Origin: Candidatus Omnitrophota bacterium
Lineage (GTDB): Bacteria; Omnitrophota; Gorgyraeia; Zapsychrales; Fredricksoniimonadaceae
NCBI GenBank assembly: GCA_903944345.1
Contig: CAJARJ010000002.1
Span: 1,969-65,968 of the forward strand
Reading direction: 5' to 3'
Length of the DNA stretch: 64,000 nt
In this document: piece by piece, positions 8,964-18,133 of the stretch
How the letters are laid out: each line of letters starts with the position of its first letter
Numbering within the stretch: position 1 is the first letter of the stretch
Notes under the pieces: model-generated
The model's input: only the letters and a program-made list of their open reading frames with translations
What the model was told of the DNA's origin: nothing
Databases searched by the model: none
Made by a program: the position numbers and the translations under genes

Positions 8964-11402
8964 TTAGAAACCTCGGCTCACGCTGAAATAAAACTTTCCG
9001 GTCTTGCTCTTTTCATCCTCGTCCGGCTGACGATCCAATGGAATACCGTAATCAAGATTCATTGGTCCGATCGGGGTCTTGATTCGCAAGCCTATCCCGT
9101 ATCCGGCATAAAGGCGGTTGGAAGCAAAATCACTGTACTTTGACCAGACATTCCCGATATCAAAGAAAGTAGCAAACTTGATTACGTCAATCAGCGGAAT
9201 AGTATATTCAACACTGCCCACCAGAATTGATTCGCCACCTATCGGATCCTTGGTGTTGGCATCGAGCGGCCCGATGGAACGCTCATCATAGCCACGGATT
9301 GAACGGGCACCACCGGAGAAATAGCGTTCAAAAATCGGAACCTTGCTGGTATCGCCATAGGCGCGAACCATGCCCATGCGCCCGCTGATCTCCAGCACCG
9401 AAGCAAAGTTGAAAGGAACATAGTACGCCCCGTTGGTTTCCAGACGATAGAAATCCTTGTCGCCCGCCATCGCCCCTCCGGCCAGATCAGAAGACACGCT
9501 GGCCAGCCAGCCTTTGCTCGGCGCAAGGCGATTATCCCTGTGATCCTCGGTCAGCGAACCACCGATTGAACTGACCACATTCTTCCCCTCTTCGGCCTTC
9601 AGGTCCGCTGAAACATCAGACTCCATATCACTGATCTCGATATTTTCCAGGCGGTAGTATCCGGCCGCAGAAAGATATTCGGAGATCTCCTTGCCAAGGC
9701 GAAGCTTTCCTCCTGTACGAACCTGATTATAGGCATACCCCGTATCCGCCTCGCGCTCGTGCTGCATACGATAAATATCAAACCCGGCAGAAACCGGATA
9801 ATCAAACAGCCAGGGCTCGGTGAACGACAGGATCATATTGTTTCTGGTTGATCCAAACTCCGCGCGAGCAGAAACAGTCTGTCCTCCACCAGTAAAAGAA
9901 GGCCAGTTCGAAAAATCGAAATTTTTCTGCTCAACCTCTACAAAGCCGATCAACTGATCAACGGTCGAATACCCGCCGCCAAAGCTGAAAGCCCCGGTCT
10001 TGGCTTCCTTGACATCGACCACGAGATCTTTCTGATCCGGCACATCCGTGTCTTCGATATCAAAAGCAACATCCTCGAAATAACCGAGGCTGTTAAGCCT
10101 TTCCTTGCTGCGGCGCAGCTTGACCCCGTCAAACTGTTCTCCAGGATACATACGCAATTCCCGACGAATAACAATATCGCGAGTCTGGGTGTTGCCCTGG
10201 ATAAGAACCTTGTTGATATAGGCAATATTGCCTTCGACAATCTCCAGTCGCAAGTCAACTTTTCCAGTATTCGTGTCAAGAGATGTTGACTCGTTAACCC
10301 GGGCAAAAATATAACCCCGATCAAAATAAAGAGTTTTTACGTTAGCCAAATCATCCGCCAGGCGGATCTTGGAAAAGATACGGCCAGGCTTCATGTCTTT
10401 CATGACGGCATTAATCTCATCAACTGAAAGAACAAGATTTCCTGTCAAGGCAATATCCCCGATAAAATAACGCTGCCCCTCGTCCACCTGAACATTTAGA
10501 TTCATCAAGCCGCCGCGCACCTGCTCGATCTCGTAAGTGACCTTGGCATCAATGTAACCTTCTTTTTCGTAAAACGCCTGAACCCGCTCCATGTCTTCAT
10601 TGACTACATCATCCTTAAGGAATCCCGAATTAAGAAGCCAGGCATTGCGGGACTTCATGGCTTTGATGATACGCCCATCCTTAAAAGCCGTGTTACCAAA
10701 AATATTGATCCGGCGAATTCTGACCCGGAAGCCTTCGTCCACAACAAAATGCAGCGTGGCCTTGTTGGTTTCATCATCAACAAAGGTTTCCACGTCAATC
10801 TCGGCCTGGGTCAACCCCTTTTTGTGGTACATTTCCCTGATTGTGTTCAAATCATCATGCAGAACCTTGCGATCCAGAAATTTTCCCGTCTGGGTCTTGA
10901 GCTTGGACAAAAGCACTTTTTTCCCGAAATAGCGAATCTTGGAAAAAGTAATCTCGTCGATAATCGGCTTTTCGTCGACTGCGATAATGACCCGAACGCC
11001 ACCGTCTTCATCCTTGCGATCAAGACGCACATCCGAGAAATAGCCGGTGTTATAAAGTCTTTTAAGGTCGTCGGAAATAACATTCTGACGGTATTCCTGT
11101 CCAACACGAGTCCTGATCTTGCTTAAAATTGTCGCCAGGCCAATGCTGCGATTGCCCTGGACGTCCAGAGCCTTGACAAACCGGCCTGTTGCGTCTTCTG
11201 GCAACTGGCTTTCGGATGCATCCGGCTCCTGAGCATCAACCTCAACGTCAGCCTCGACTTCTTGCCCGACAACAGCACTCTGGGCTTCGTCCAGCGCCCG
11301 CTGAACCGGATCATCTGCCGGATCAGCCGCACGCGACAAGGAAGCCGTCAAAAGAAACGAAAGACACACAACAATGGTAGTCAGGGGGGTAGTTTTTTTC
11401 AT
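8964..11402 (-). CDS. bamA: Outer membrane protein assembly factor BamA
   Basis: POTRA repeats, IRGYD motif, terminal Phe. Start set at MKKTTPLTT (signal peptide) because the longer ORF overlaps dnaB. Confidence 0.95.
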   Translation of the reverse strand: MKKTTPLTTIVVCLSFLLTASLSRAADPADDPVQRALDEAQSAVVGQEVEADVEVDAQEPDASESQLPEDATGRFVKALDVQGNRSIGLATILSKIRTRVGQEYRQNVISDDLKRLYNTGYFSDVRLDRKDEDGGVRVIIAVDEKPIIDEITFSKIRYFGKKVLLSKLKTQTGKFLDRKVLHDDLNTIREMYHKKGLTQAEIDVETFVDDETNKATLHFVVDEGFRVRIRRINIFGNTAFKDGRIIKAMKSRNAWLLNSGFLKDDVVNEDMERVQAFYEKEGYIDAKVTYEIEQVRGGLMNLNVQVDEGQRYFIGDIALTGNLVLSVDEINAVMKDMKPGRIFSKIRLADDLANVKTLYFDRGYIFARVNESTSLDTNTGKVDLRLEIVEGNIAYINKVLIQGNTQTRDIVIRRELRMYPGEQFDGVKLRRSKERLNSLGYFEDVAFDIEDTDVPDQKDLVVDVKEAKTGAFSFGGGYSTVDQLIGFVEVEQKNFDFSNWPSFTGGGQTVSARAEFGSTRNNMILSFTEPWLFDYPVSAGFDIYRMQHEREADTGYAYNQVRTGGKLRLGKEISEYLSAAGYYRLENIEISDMESDVSADLKAEEGKNVVSSIGGSLTEDHRDNRLAPSKGWLASVSSDLAGGAMAGDKDFYRLETNGAYYVPFNFASVLEISGRMGMVRAYGDTSKVPIFERYFSGGARSIRGYDERSIGPLDANTKDPIGGESILVGSVEYTIPLIDVIKFATFFDIGNVWSKYSDFASNRLYAGYGIGLRIKTPIGPMNLDYGIPLDRQPDEDEKSKTGKFYFSVSRGF

Positions 11403-11409
11403 GGGCGTA

Positions 11410-11438
11410 ATTATACTTTCCCGCGAAAGCCGTGTCAA
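11410..11438 (-). promoter_or_regulatory. Consensus sigma70 promoter of the bamA-lpx operon (probably leaderless)
   Basis: TTGACA (11438-11433), 17-bp spacer, TATAAT (11415-11410); only 7 nt between the -10 box and the ATG. Confidence 0.85.
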
Positions 11439-11505
11439 AAGGATAAAAACAAATATTAGGAATGTAGCCGGGGGCACCCAAAACACTTGGCCTGAAGAAA
11501 ACGGT

Positions 11506-12843
11506 TCATTCCGCGTGAACGGCGTCCAGATTATCGAAGCGCACAAACTCCTTGGAAAATCTGAGCTTAACGGTGCCAACCGGCCCGTTACGCTGCTTGG
11601 CAATGATAACCTCGGCCAAGCCAAGATTTTCCGGTTTGGGATCATAATAATCCTCACGCATGAGAAGAACCACCACGTCGGCATCCTGTTCAATCGCGCC
11701 CGATTCGCGCAAATCCGACAACTGCGGTCGGTGATCCTGGCGACTTTCAACAGCCCGTGACAACTGGCTGATGGCAATAACCGGAACACTCAGTTCACGA
11801 GCCAAAGCCTTGAGGGAGCGGGATATTTCAGAAATTTCCTGCTGCCGGTTCTCGGACTTCGTAGAAGCCCGCATCAGTTGCAAATAGTCGACAATGACCA
11901 GTCCGATCTTATGCGCAGACTTGAGTCGCCTTGCCTTGGCCCGCAACTCCAGGGGAGAAATAGCCGGCGTGTCGTCAATAAAGAAAGGGATCTGGGACAA
12001 CTTGCCCGCCGCTTTCGTTAAAAGCGGCCATTCCGAGGGAACAAGCATTCCGGTACGAACTTTGGAGGCATCCACTCTCGCCTGGCTGCAAAGCATACGC
12101 ATGACAATCTGCTCTTTGGCCATTTCCAGACTGAAAAACGCAACCGGTATACCATGATTAATCGACGCATTCTCCGCCATTGAAGCTGCCAGGGCGCTTT
12201 TGCCCATGGAAGGACGCGCCGCCACAATAACCAAGTCGGAAGGCTGCAAACCTGACGTCATACGGTCAAAATCATAAAAACCGGTAGGCACTCCGGTAAT
12301 CGAGGCCTTGTTATGATAAAGCTTATCGATGGTGGCAATGGTATTCTTGACAATATCCTTGACCGAAACCGCCTGCTGCTTCTGGCGTGCTTGCGCGATC
12401 TCGAAAATAAGCTTTTCGGAGGTATCCACCAGCTCATCCACCTGCGCATCCGGATCGTAACTGCGGGTGACTATCTCGGTCGCGCTGCGGATCAACTTGC
12501 GCTTGATGCCCTTGTCCTTGACAATCGCGGCATAATGCAGAACATTGGCCGCTGTAGGAACCAGATCCACCAGTTCGGTAAGGTAGCTGACACCTCCGAC
12601 AGACTCAAGCACACCGTCGGCAGTCAGCTGGTCGGAAAGAGTGATCGTATCAACGTTCCGGCGAGAAGAATAGAGTTTGACAATAGCGTCAAAAATACGC
12701 TGGTTGGCAATTTCATAAAAAAAAGAGCTGTCAAGGACCTCAATGACGTCCCCGACAGCATCTTCACTGATCAGCATGGCCCCCAGAACCGCCTTCTCGG
12801 CGTCCGGATTCTGCGGGGGAACTCTTATTTCTTGGTGACCCAT
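11506..12843 (-). CDS. dnaB: Replicative DNA helicase DnaB
   Basis: PPQN..AEKAVLG, AARPSMGKS, DYLQL and SDLRESGAIEQDAD motifs; no intein. Confidence 0.97.
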   Translation of the reverse strand: MGHQEIRVPPQNPDAEKAVLGAMLISEDAVGDVIEVLDSSFFYEIANQRIFDAIVKLYSSRRNVDTITLSDQLTADGVLESVGGVSYLTELVDLVPTAANVLHYAAIVKDKGIKRKLIRSATEIVTRSYDPDAQVDELVDTSEKLIFEIAQARQKQQAVSVKDIVKNTIATIDKLYHNKASITGVPTGFYDFDRMTSGLQPSDLVIVAARPSMGKSALAASMAENASINHGIPVAFFSLEMAKEQIVMRMLCSQARVDASKVRTGMLVPSEWPLLTKAAGKLSQIPFFIDDTPAISPLELRAKARRLKSAHKIGLVIVDYLQLMRASTKSENRQQEISEISRSLKALARELSVPVIAISQLSRAVESRQDHRPQLSDLRESGAIEQDADVVVLLMREDYYDPKPENLGLAEVIIAKQRNGPVGTVKLRFSKEFVRFDNLDAVHAE

Positions 12844-13268
12844 AACCGGAATTTTCCTGTAACTTCCGGATGCAAGCGAACCCCGATTTCAAAAATCCCG
12901 AGCTCGTCGACCGTTTTTTCGATCACAAGATCCTTGCGCTCGTACTTGAAGCCTTCGGTCTCAAGGGCTCTCAAAATATCGTTCTCGGTCACCGAACCGT
13001 ACAACTTGTCCTGCTCGTTAACCTCGACTAGCACCGTACAGGAGACCTTGGCCAATTTCTCGGCGATGCCGGCAGCTTCAGAACGACGGGCATCATCAGC
13101 GGCCTGCTCCTTGGCTTTACGGGCTGCGATCTTCTTGAGATTGTCCTTGGTTGCAGCAACGGCCAACTGACGGGGAATAAGATAATTCCTCGCGTAACCC
13201 GCTTTAACCTTCACCACGTCCCCGGTCTTGCCCAGGGTTGCAATATCCTGACAAACAATAACTTCCAT
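12825..13268 (-). CDS. rplI: 50S ribosomal protein L9
   Basis: LGKTGDVVKVKAGYARNYLIP and KLYGSVT motifs. Confidence 0.97.
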   Translation of the reverse strand: MEVIVCQDIATLGKTGDVVKVKAGYARNYLIPRQLAVAATKDNLKKIAARKAKEQAADDARRSEAAGIAEKLAKVSCTVLVEVNEQDKLYGSVTENDILRALETEGFKYERKDLVIEKTVDELGIFEIGVRLHPEVTGKFRLWVTKK

Positions 13269-13275
13269 CTTTCAC

Positions 13276-13530
13276 TCACTTCCTTTTAGAAGAGCCCACC
13301 GGTAACAGAGCAAGATTTCTCGCCCGCTTGACTGCCTCTGCCAGAAAACGCTGCTGAATGGCATTGGCCCCCGTGAAGTGACGGGACAACAACTTCCCGC
13401 GTTCACTCAGAAATTTCCGCAAAGTCGGGAAATCCTTGTAATCAATAACCTCGGGCAGCGGCACCTGAACCTTGAAAGGCCGGACTGTGCGGCGAGGCTT
13501 CATGTTTTTCTTGTTATTCTTCTTTTCCAA
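13276..13530 (-). CDS. rpsR: 30S ribosomal protein S18 (Cys-free form)
   Basis: IDYKD...FLSERGK...AVKRAR.LALLP; TTG start after AAGGAGG. Confidence 0.95.
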   Translation of the reverse strand: MEKKNNKKNMKPRRTVRPFKVQVPLPEVIDYKDFPTLRKFLSERGKLLSRHFTGANAIQQRFLAEAVKRARNLALLPVGSSKRK

Positions 13531-13572
13531 TTGATCCTCCTTATGAAACTTTTCCAGATTATCTTCCGATTA

Positions 13573-14004
13573 TTATTCTTCCCAAGTAATATCATCCGGC
13601 CGCACTGGCTCATCATTGCCGGCAGCCTGATCGGAAACCGCTCCTTCAGCCTGCATACCGCCCTCGCCAGGACGCCCCCCGGGAAGAAACTGTATCCGTT
13701 CCGCCCGCACATCCATGGTGCTGCGTTTCTGCCCTTCCGGAGTTTCCCAGGAACGGGACTGCAGGATGCCTTCAACAAAAATAGCCCGTCCTTTTTGCAA
13801 ATACTGACTGCACGTCTCGGCCTGTTTGTCCCAGACCGTAATTGTAACGAAGCAGGTGTCTTCTTTCAGTTCTCCGGTACGATCCTTGAACTTCCGGTTA
13901 ACCGCAATCCGCAAATTTGCAACCGCAGTTCCGTTAGGCGTATAGCGCAATTCCGGATCTTTTGTCAAATTCCCGATCAACAGGACTTTGTTAAGACTGG
14001 CCAT
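13573..14004 (-). CDS. ssb: Single-stranded DNA-binding protein
   Basis: LNKVLLIGNLTKDPELRYTP; acidic tail DDITWEE; rpsF-ssb-rpsR synteny. Confidence 0.96.
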   Translation of the reverse strand: MASLNKVLLIGNLTKDPELRYTPNGTAVANLRIAVNRKFKDRTGELKEDTCFVTITVWDKQAETCSQYLQKGRAIFVEGILQSRSWETPEGQKRSTMDVRAERIQFLPGGRPGEGGMQAEGAVSDQAAGNDEPVRPDDITWEE

Positions 14005-14018
14005 GATTCTTCCTTCTG

Positions 14019-14366
14019 CTACAGCTTCTCGACCGGAGCCTTGACCACTTTGGCTTTAGCCGGTTTGACTTTCCTGGGCGCCGGAATGCCTAAAATCTGA
14101 AAACGCAAGACCCGCTCGTTGATATGCAGATCCCGACGCAGCGAAGCTACGCCAGTTCCGGGCATTTCCAGATGGGCAAGATAATAAGCGCCGTCCCAGA
14201 CTTTGCGCATCGGAAAAGTCATCCTCTGCTTTTCCATCCAGACATTAACATCCAGAACTTTTCCGCCGTATTTAATAACACCGTCGGCAATCTGTTTGGA
14301 TATCTCGTTCTTCTCCCCGTCCGTGAGGCGAGCATCCAGAATATAAACCATTTCGTACTTAATCAT
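14019..14366 (-). CDS. rpsF: 30S ribosomal protein S6
   Basis: KYEMVYIL...INERVLRF pattern and synteny. Confidence 0.92.
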   Translation of the reverse strand: MIKYEMVYILDARLTDGEKNEISKQIADGVIKYGGKVLDVNVWMEKQRMTFPMRKVWDGAYYLAHLEMPGTGVASLRRDLHINERVLRFQILGIPAPRKVKPAKAKVVKAPVEKL

Positions 14367-14946
14367 CGACCTTCCTTTTGTTGAACTTTGTCATCGCTTC
14401 GGCCGCCTGTCCGGCGATCCAGAGCCTGAGGCAACCTGCCGCATCATCTATAAATGCCCCCATGCGGGCAATCTCTTCCTTTGTGAAATCCGAAAGAACG
14501 TAATCAACTTGCCGATCCGGTGAAGGCGGCTGTCCGATTCCCATCTTCAGCCTTGCCACCTCCGCTGTCCCCATCTGCTCAATAACCGAACGCATCCCGT
14601 TATGCCCGCCGTGGGAACCGCCGGTCTTAAGCCGCACAGCCCCAAAAGCAAGATGAATATCATCGGTCACAACCAGAATGTCCGGCAACCCGATCCGCTC
14701 GTAATCCGTGATTCCCCTGAGGGCATGCCCTGACAGGTTCATATACGTCAACGGCAGAGCAAACAAAACATTCTGCCCTTCAACTTCTGTCTCGGCCACC
14801 AGAGCCTGCGCATGCCGATACCTGGTAAAACCAGTCGTGTGCAGGCCGACAACATGCTCCACAAGCATAAACCCGAGATTATGACGGGTGTTCTGATACT
14901 CCCGCCCCGGATTTCCCAGACCGACCACCAGCTTCTTGCCTGCCAC
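14359..14946 (-). CDS. pth: Peptidyl-tRNA hydrolase
   Basis: VGLGNPG..Y..TRHNLGF, TYMNLSG and GGHNG motifs; GTG start after AGGAGG. Confidence 0.96.
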   Translation of the reverse strand: MAGKKLVVGLGNPGREYQNTRHNLGFMLVEHVVGLHTTGFTRYRHAQALVAETEVEGQNVLFALPLTYMNLSGHALRGITDYERIGLPDILVVTDDIHLAFGAVRLKTGGSHGGHNGMRSVIEQMGTAEVARLKMGIGQPPSPDRQVDYVLSDFTKEEIARMGAFIDDAAGCLRLWIAGQAAEAMTKFNKRKVDD

Positions 14947-14976
14947 CCGGCCTCCTGTCCAACAATACAAAAAGCT

Positions 14977-15720
14977 TTACTTCTTGGCTTCCGGTTTGGC
15001 TGCAGGCTTGGCTGCTCCTGCTGCAGGCTTCGCTGCTCCCGCTGCAGGCTTGGCTGCTCCCGCTGCTGCCTTGTCATCCTTCGGCTTTTCTTTAATAACT
15101 TCCAGTTCCGGTGTTGCCGCGCCTTCCGCAGTCGTCGCCTCTGCTTCACGAGTCGAGAAGACCACTGCCGCAACGGCCGCGCCCGGGTCCATCTTGGTCC
15201 GCACGCCTGAAGGCAGCTTGAGGTCACTGACGTGAACCGAAGCGTGAATATCCAGGCCAGACACATCAACGTCGATATGCTGCGGAACATCTTTGGGCAA
15301 ACAGAAAATCTCGATCTCACGCAACAACTGTTCGAGTGTAGCACCCGGCTTCTTGATTCCAATGGCCTCGCCCTTAAGAATCAGCGGAACACGCAAGGAA
15401 ATTTCCTTGTCCATGAAAATACGCAAAAAATCCAGATGGACGATCAAATCCGAAACCGGATCAAACTGTGTGGCGCGCATAAGCGCAGGAAAATCCGCCA
15501 GTTTTTTCTCGCCCTCGGAGAGCTGCAAATGGAAAATAAAACTTTCTCCACTGTGCTGACGCATGATCCGCTCGTACTGACCGCGGGTAACCTGAACGCT
15601 CATCGGCTGCTGATCTCCGCCGTAAACGACCGCCGGAATCATACCGGACTTGCGCAGATCTTTCATCCGCTGACTGCCTTTTAAATTTCTTACCTGGACA
15701 TCCAATGTTACCTGTTCCAT
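14977..15720 (-). CDS. rplY: 50S ribosomal protein L25/Ctc
   Basis: IPAVVYG and HLDF motifs, Ctc C-terminal domain, AKPAAGA-repeat tail; prs-rplY-pth synteny. Confidence 0.95.
   Translation of the reverse strand: MEQVTLDVQVRNLKGSQRMKDLRKSGMIPAVVYGGDQQPMSVQVTRGQYERIMRQHSGESFIFHLQLSEGEKKLADFPALMRATQFDPVSDLIVHLDFLRIFMDKEISLRVPLILKGEAIGIKKPGATLEQLLREIEIFCLPKDVPQHIDVDVSGLDIHASVHVSDLKLPSGVRTKMDPGAAVAAVVFSTREAEATTAEGAATPELEVIKEKPKDDKAAAGAAKPAAGAAKPAAGAAKPAAKPEAKK
14999..15066. repeat. About 3 copies of a 21-bp coding tandem repeat (GAAKPAA) in the rplY tail
   Basis: gctgcaggcttggctgctcct / gctgcaggcttcgctgctccc / gctgcaggcttggctgctccc. Confidence 0.85.
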
Positions 15721-15751
15721 ATCATCCTTCCTGCCTCTTCTTCTTGAATAC

Positions 15752-16702
15752 TTATCTATTAACCTCGAACAAACAGCTGATGGACTGCTCGTTGTGAATC
15801 CGCTTGATCGCTTCCGCCAGCAAAGGGGCAACCGTAAGCTGATGAATCTTGCTCACCTTCCTGCCTTTTGCGCTTAAAGGAATGCTATCGGTGATCACCA
15901 GTTCTTCCAGGGCCTTACACTCGGCCATACGGTCGATAGCCGGGCCGGAAAGAACCCCATGGCTAACCGCAGCAAAAACCTTGTCGACTCCCGCCTCTTT
16001 CAGTGCCTCAATCGCTTCGGTCAAAGACCCGCCAGTGGCCACAATGTCGTCAACCAGAACGGCATTGCGTCCCTTGACCTTACCGAGAATATTCATAACC
16101 TCGGTCTCCTCGGGTGACATGCGGCGCTTGTCAATAATAGCCAGGCCAGCCCCCAGGCGCTTGGCATAGGCACGCGCCATACGAATACCGCCCACATCCG
16201 GAGAAACCACCACGATATTCTTCATGCTCATCTTTTCGAAATGCTCACACAAAACGTTGATCGCATACAAATGATCAACCGGGATATCAAAGAACCCCTG
16301 AATCTGACTGGCATGCAAATCCATGCACAAAACCCGGTCAGCGCCAGCCGAAGTAATCAGATTGGCCACCAGCTTGGCCGTGATCGGAACCCGCGGCTGA
16401 TCCTTGCGATCCTGACGGGCATATCCATAAAACGGAATGACCGCCGTAACCCGCTTGGCTGAAGCACGCCGGGCGGCATCGATCAGAATCAGAAGCTCCA
16501 TCAAATTGTCGTTTGTCGGAGAGCAGGTGGACTGAACAATAAAAACGTCCTTGCCGCGCACATTGGACAAAATCTGCACGCGAATTTCTCCCTCGCTGAA
16601 ACGCCCGCACAGGACATCCGCCAGCGGGATATCCAAAAACGAACAAATCTTTTCTGCCAGTTCCTTGTTGGCATTACCGGAAAGAACACAAACCTCACTC
16701 AT
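15752..16702 (-). CDS. prs: Ribose-phosphate pyrophosphokinase
   Basis: FSEGE, YARQDRK, DLHASQIQGFF, VSPDVGG and VDDIVATGG motifs. Confidence 0.97.
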   Translation of the reverse strand: MSEVCVLSGNANKELAEKICSFLDIPLADVLCGRFSEGEIRVQILSNVRGKDVFIVQSTCSPTNDNLMELLILIDAARRASAKRVTAVIPFYGYARQDRKDQPRVPITAKLVANLITSAGADRVLCMDLHASQIQGFFDIPVDHLYAINVLCEHFEKMSMKNIVVVSPDVGGIRMARAYAKRLGAGLAIIDKRRMSPEETEVMNILGKVKGRNAVLVDDIVATGGSLTEAIEALKEAGVDKVFAAVSHGVLSGPAIDRMAECKALEELVITDSIPLSAKGRKVSKIHQLTVAPLLAEAIKRIHNEQSISCLFEVNR

Positions 16703-17963
16703 GACGTTCCACCTTTTTAATAACACGTGCCGGAATACCCACCGCCACCCGATTGGCAGGAACCTTGCGTCCGGGCGTTACCACACTGCCCGCCCCGACT
16801 ACTGCTCCCGCCCCGACTTCCGTAGGGGCCACCAGCACCGCATCGCAACCGATAAAAGCCCCTCGACCGATATTCGTCTTGTTTTTATTCTTGCCGTCGT
16901 AATTTGCTGTTACCGCGCCACAGCCGATATTGGCTCCGCTACCGACATCCGCATCACCCAAAAAACTGAAATGCTTCATGTTCACATCTGCTCCCAAACG
17001 TGAACGGGAAATTTCCGCAAAATTCCCGACCGAAACCCGGTCAGCCAGCACAGTTCCGGGACGCAACCGGGCAAAAGGACCGACCGAACAATTTTCACCG
17101 ACACGCACACCATGATGAATATAGGTACACGGATAAATAACCGAATCCCGTCCGATACGCACATCCGACTCAACATATGTAGTCGCAGGGTCAACAACAG
17201 TGACTCCACTGCTCATCAAATCTTTTAAAATACGCTCCCGCATGATCGAGCCCGCCAGCGCCAGGTCCGCCCGGGTATTGATCCCCAGATTGGCTGTCCA
17301 GTCATCTGTAACCAGCGTATCCACCTTACACCCGCGCGACAAGAAAAGCTCAATTATGTCGGTCAGATAAAATTCTTTTTTCTTTGGGTTTATCGCAATA
17401 TCCGCAATCGAACCAAACAATTCCTTGCCGGCAAAACAATACACCCCGACATTAATTTCTCGAATAGCCCGCTCGGAAGTGTCAGCATCTTTATGCTCGC
17501 GAATGGCCCGAACCCTGCCGCTTTCATCCCGTAAGATCCGTCCATACCCTTCAGGATTAGCCAGCTCCGCAGTCAAAAACGTACATACAGCTCCCGAACG
17601 TCGGTGCCGGGAAACAAGTTTTCGAACGATCACCGGATCAAGCAGCGGAGTGTCTCCGCACATCACCAGAACTTCGCCGGAATAAGCTTTAAATTCGTCA
17701 GCCGCACAGCGTACCGCATGTGCTGTCCCCAACTGTTCTTCCTGAAGAACGATATCGGCGCGCCCCTCGACCGCTCGGCGAACCAATTCGGCCTCATGAC
17801 CCACCACGACATATGTTTTCAAAGAACCTGCGGCTTTGGCCGTGTCAATCACATAATCCAGAACCGGTTTTCCGCAAACCTCATGCAAAACTTTCGGCAC
17901 CCGGGAATTAAAACGCGTCCCTTTGCCGGCTGCAAGAATGATTGTTTTCAATTGTCGTTCCAT
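16695..17963 (-). CDS. glmU: Bifunctional UDP-GlcNAc pyrophosphorylase / glucosamine-1-phosphate acetyltransferase
   Basis: ILAAGKGTR, PKVLH, EQLGTAHA, EFYLTD, VGNFAE and NYDG motifs. Confidence 0.95.
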   Translation of the reverse strand: MERQLKTIILAAGKGTRFNSRVPKVLHEVCGKPVLDYVIDTAKAAGSLKTYVVVGHEAELVRRAVEGRADIVLQEEQLGTAHAVRCAADEFKAYSGEVLVMCGDTPLLDPVIVRKLVSRHRRSGAVCTFLTAELANPEGYGRILRDESGRVRAIREHKDADTSERAIREINVGVYCFAGKELFGSIADIAINPKKKEFYLTDIIELFLSRGCKVDTLVTDDWTANLGINTRADLALAGSIMRERILKDLMSSGVTVVDPATTYVESDVRIGRDSVIYPCTYIHHGVRVGENCSVGPFARLRPGTVLADRVSVGNFAEISRSRLGADVNMKHFSFLGDADVGSGANIGCGAVTANYDGKNKNKTNIGRGAFIGCDAVLVAPTEVGAGAVVGAGSVVTPGRKVPANRVAVGIPARVIKKVERHE

Positions 17964-18064
17964 AGCGCAACATTTCTACGGCGGCTCTTTGCACGCTTCC
18001 CTATATAAAGAAGAAACGGGCACACTCTTGAATTCAGCAATATATAAAACCGCCAAAGAGCGCT

Positions 18065-18093
18065 AGTATAGCCGACACTTTTTCTTTCGTCAA
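18065..18093 (-). promoter_or_regulatory. sigma70 promoter of the glmU-prs-rplY operon
   Basis: TTGACG (18093-18088), 17-bp spacer, TATACT (18070-18065). Confidence 0.8.
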
Positions 18094-18133
18094 GAATTAA
18101 ACCCGAAGGGCTCGCCCGACAACTCTTTCACTC

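Noticed and set aside
11403-11789. N-terminal extension of BamA in the ORF track, and similar extensions of msbA, the GT9 gene, rplY and the 43451 ORF
   Set aside because: They overlap upstream genes; a better start with a promoter, SD or signal peptide lies downstream.
14999-15066. 21-bp repeats as a CRISPR array or regulatory repeat
   Set aside because: There are no spacers; the repeat is in frame and encodes the low-complexity L25 tail.
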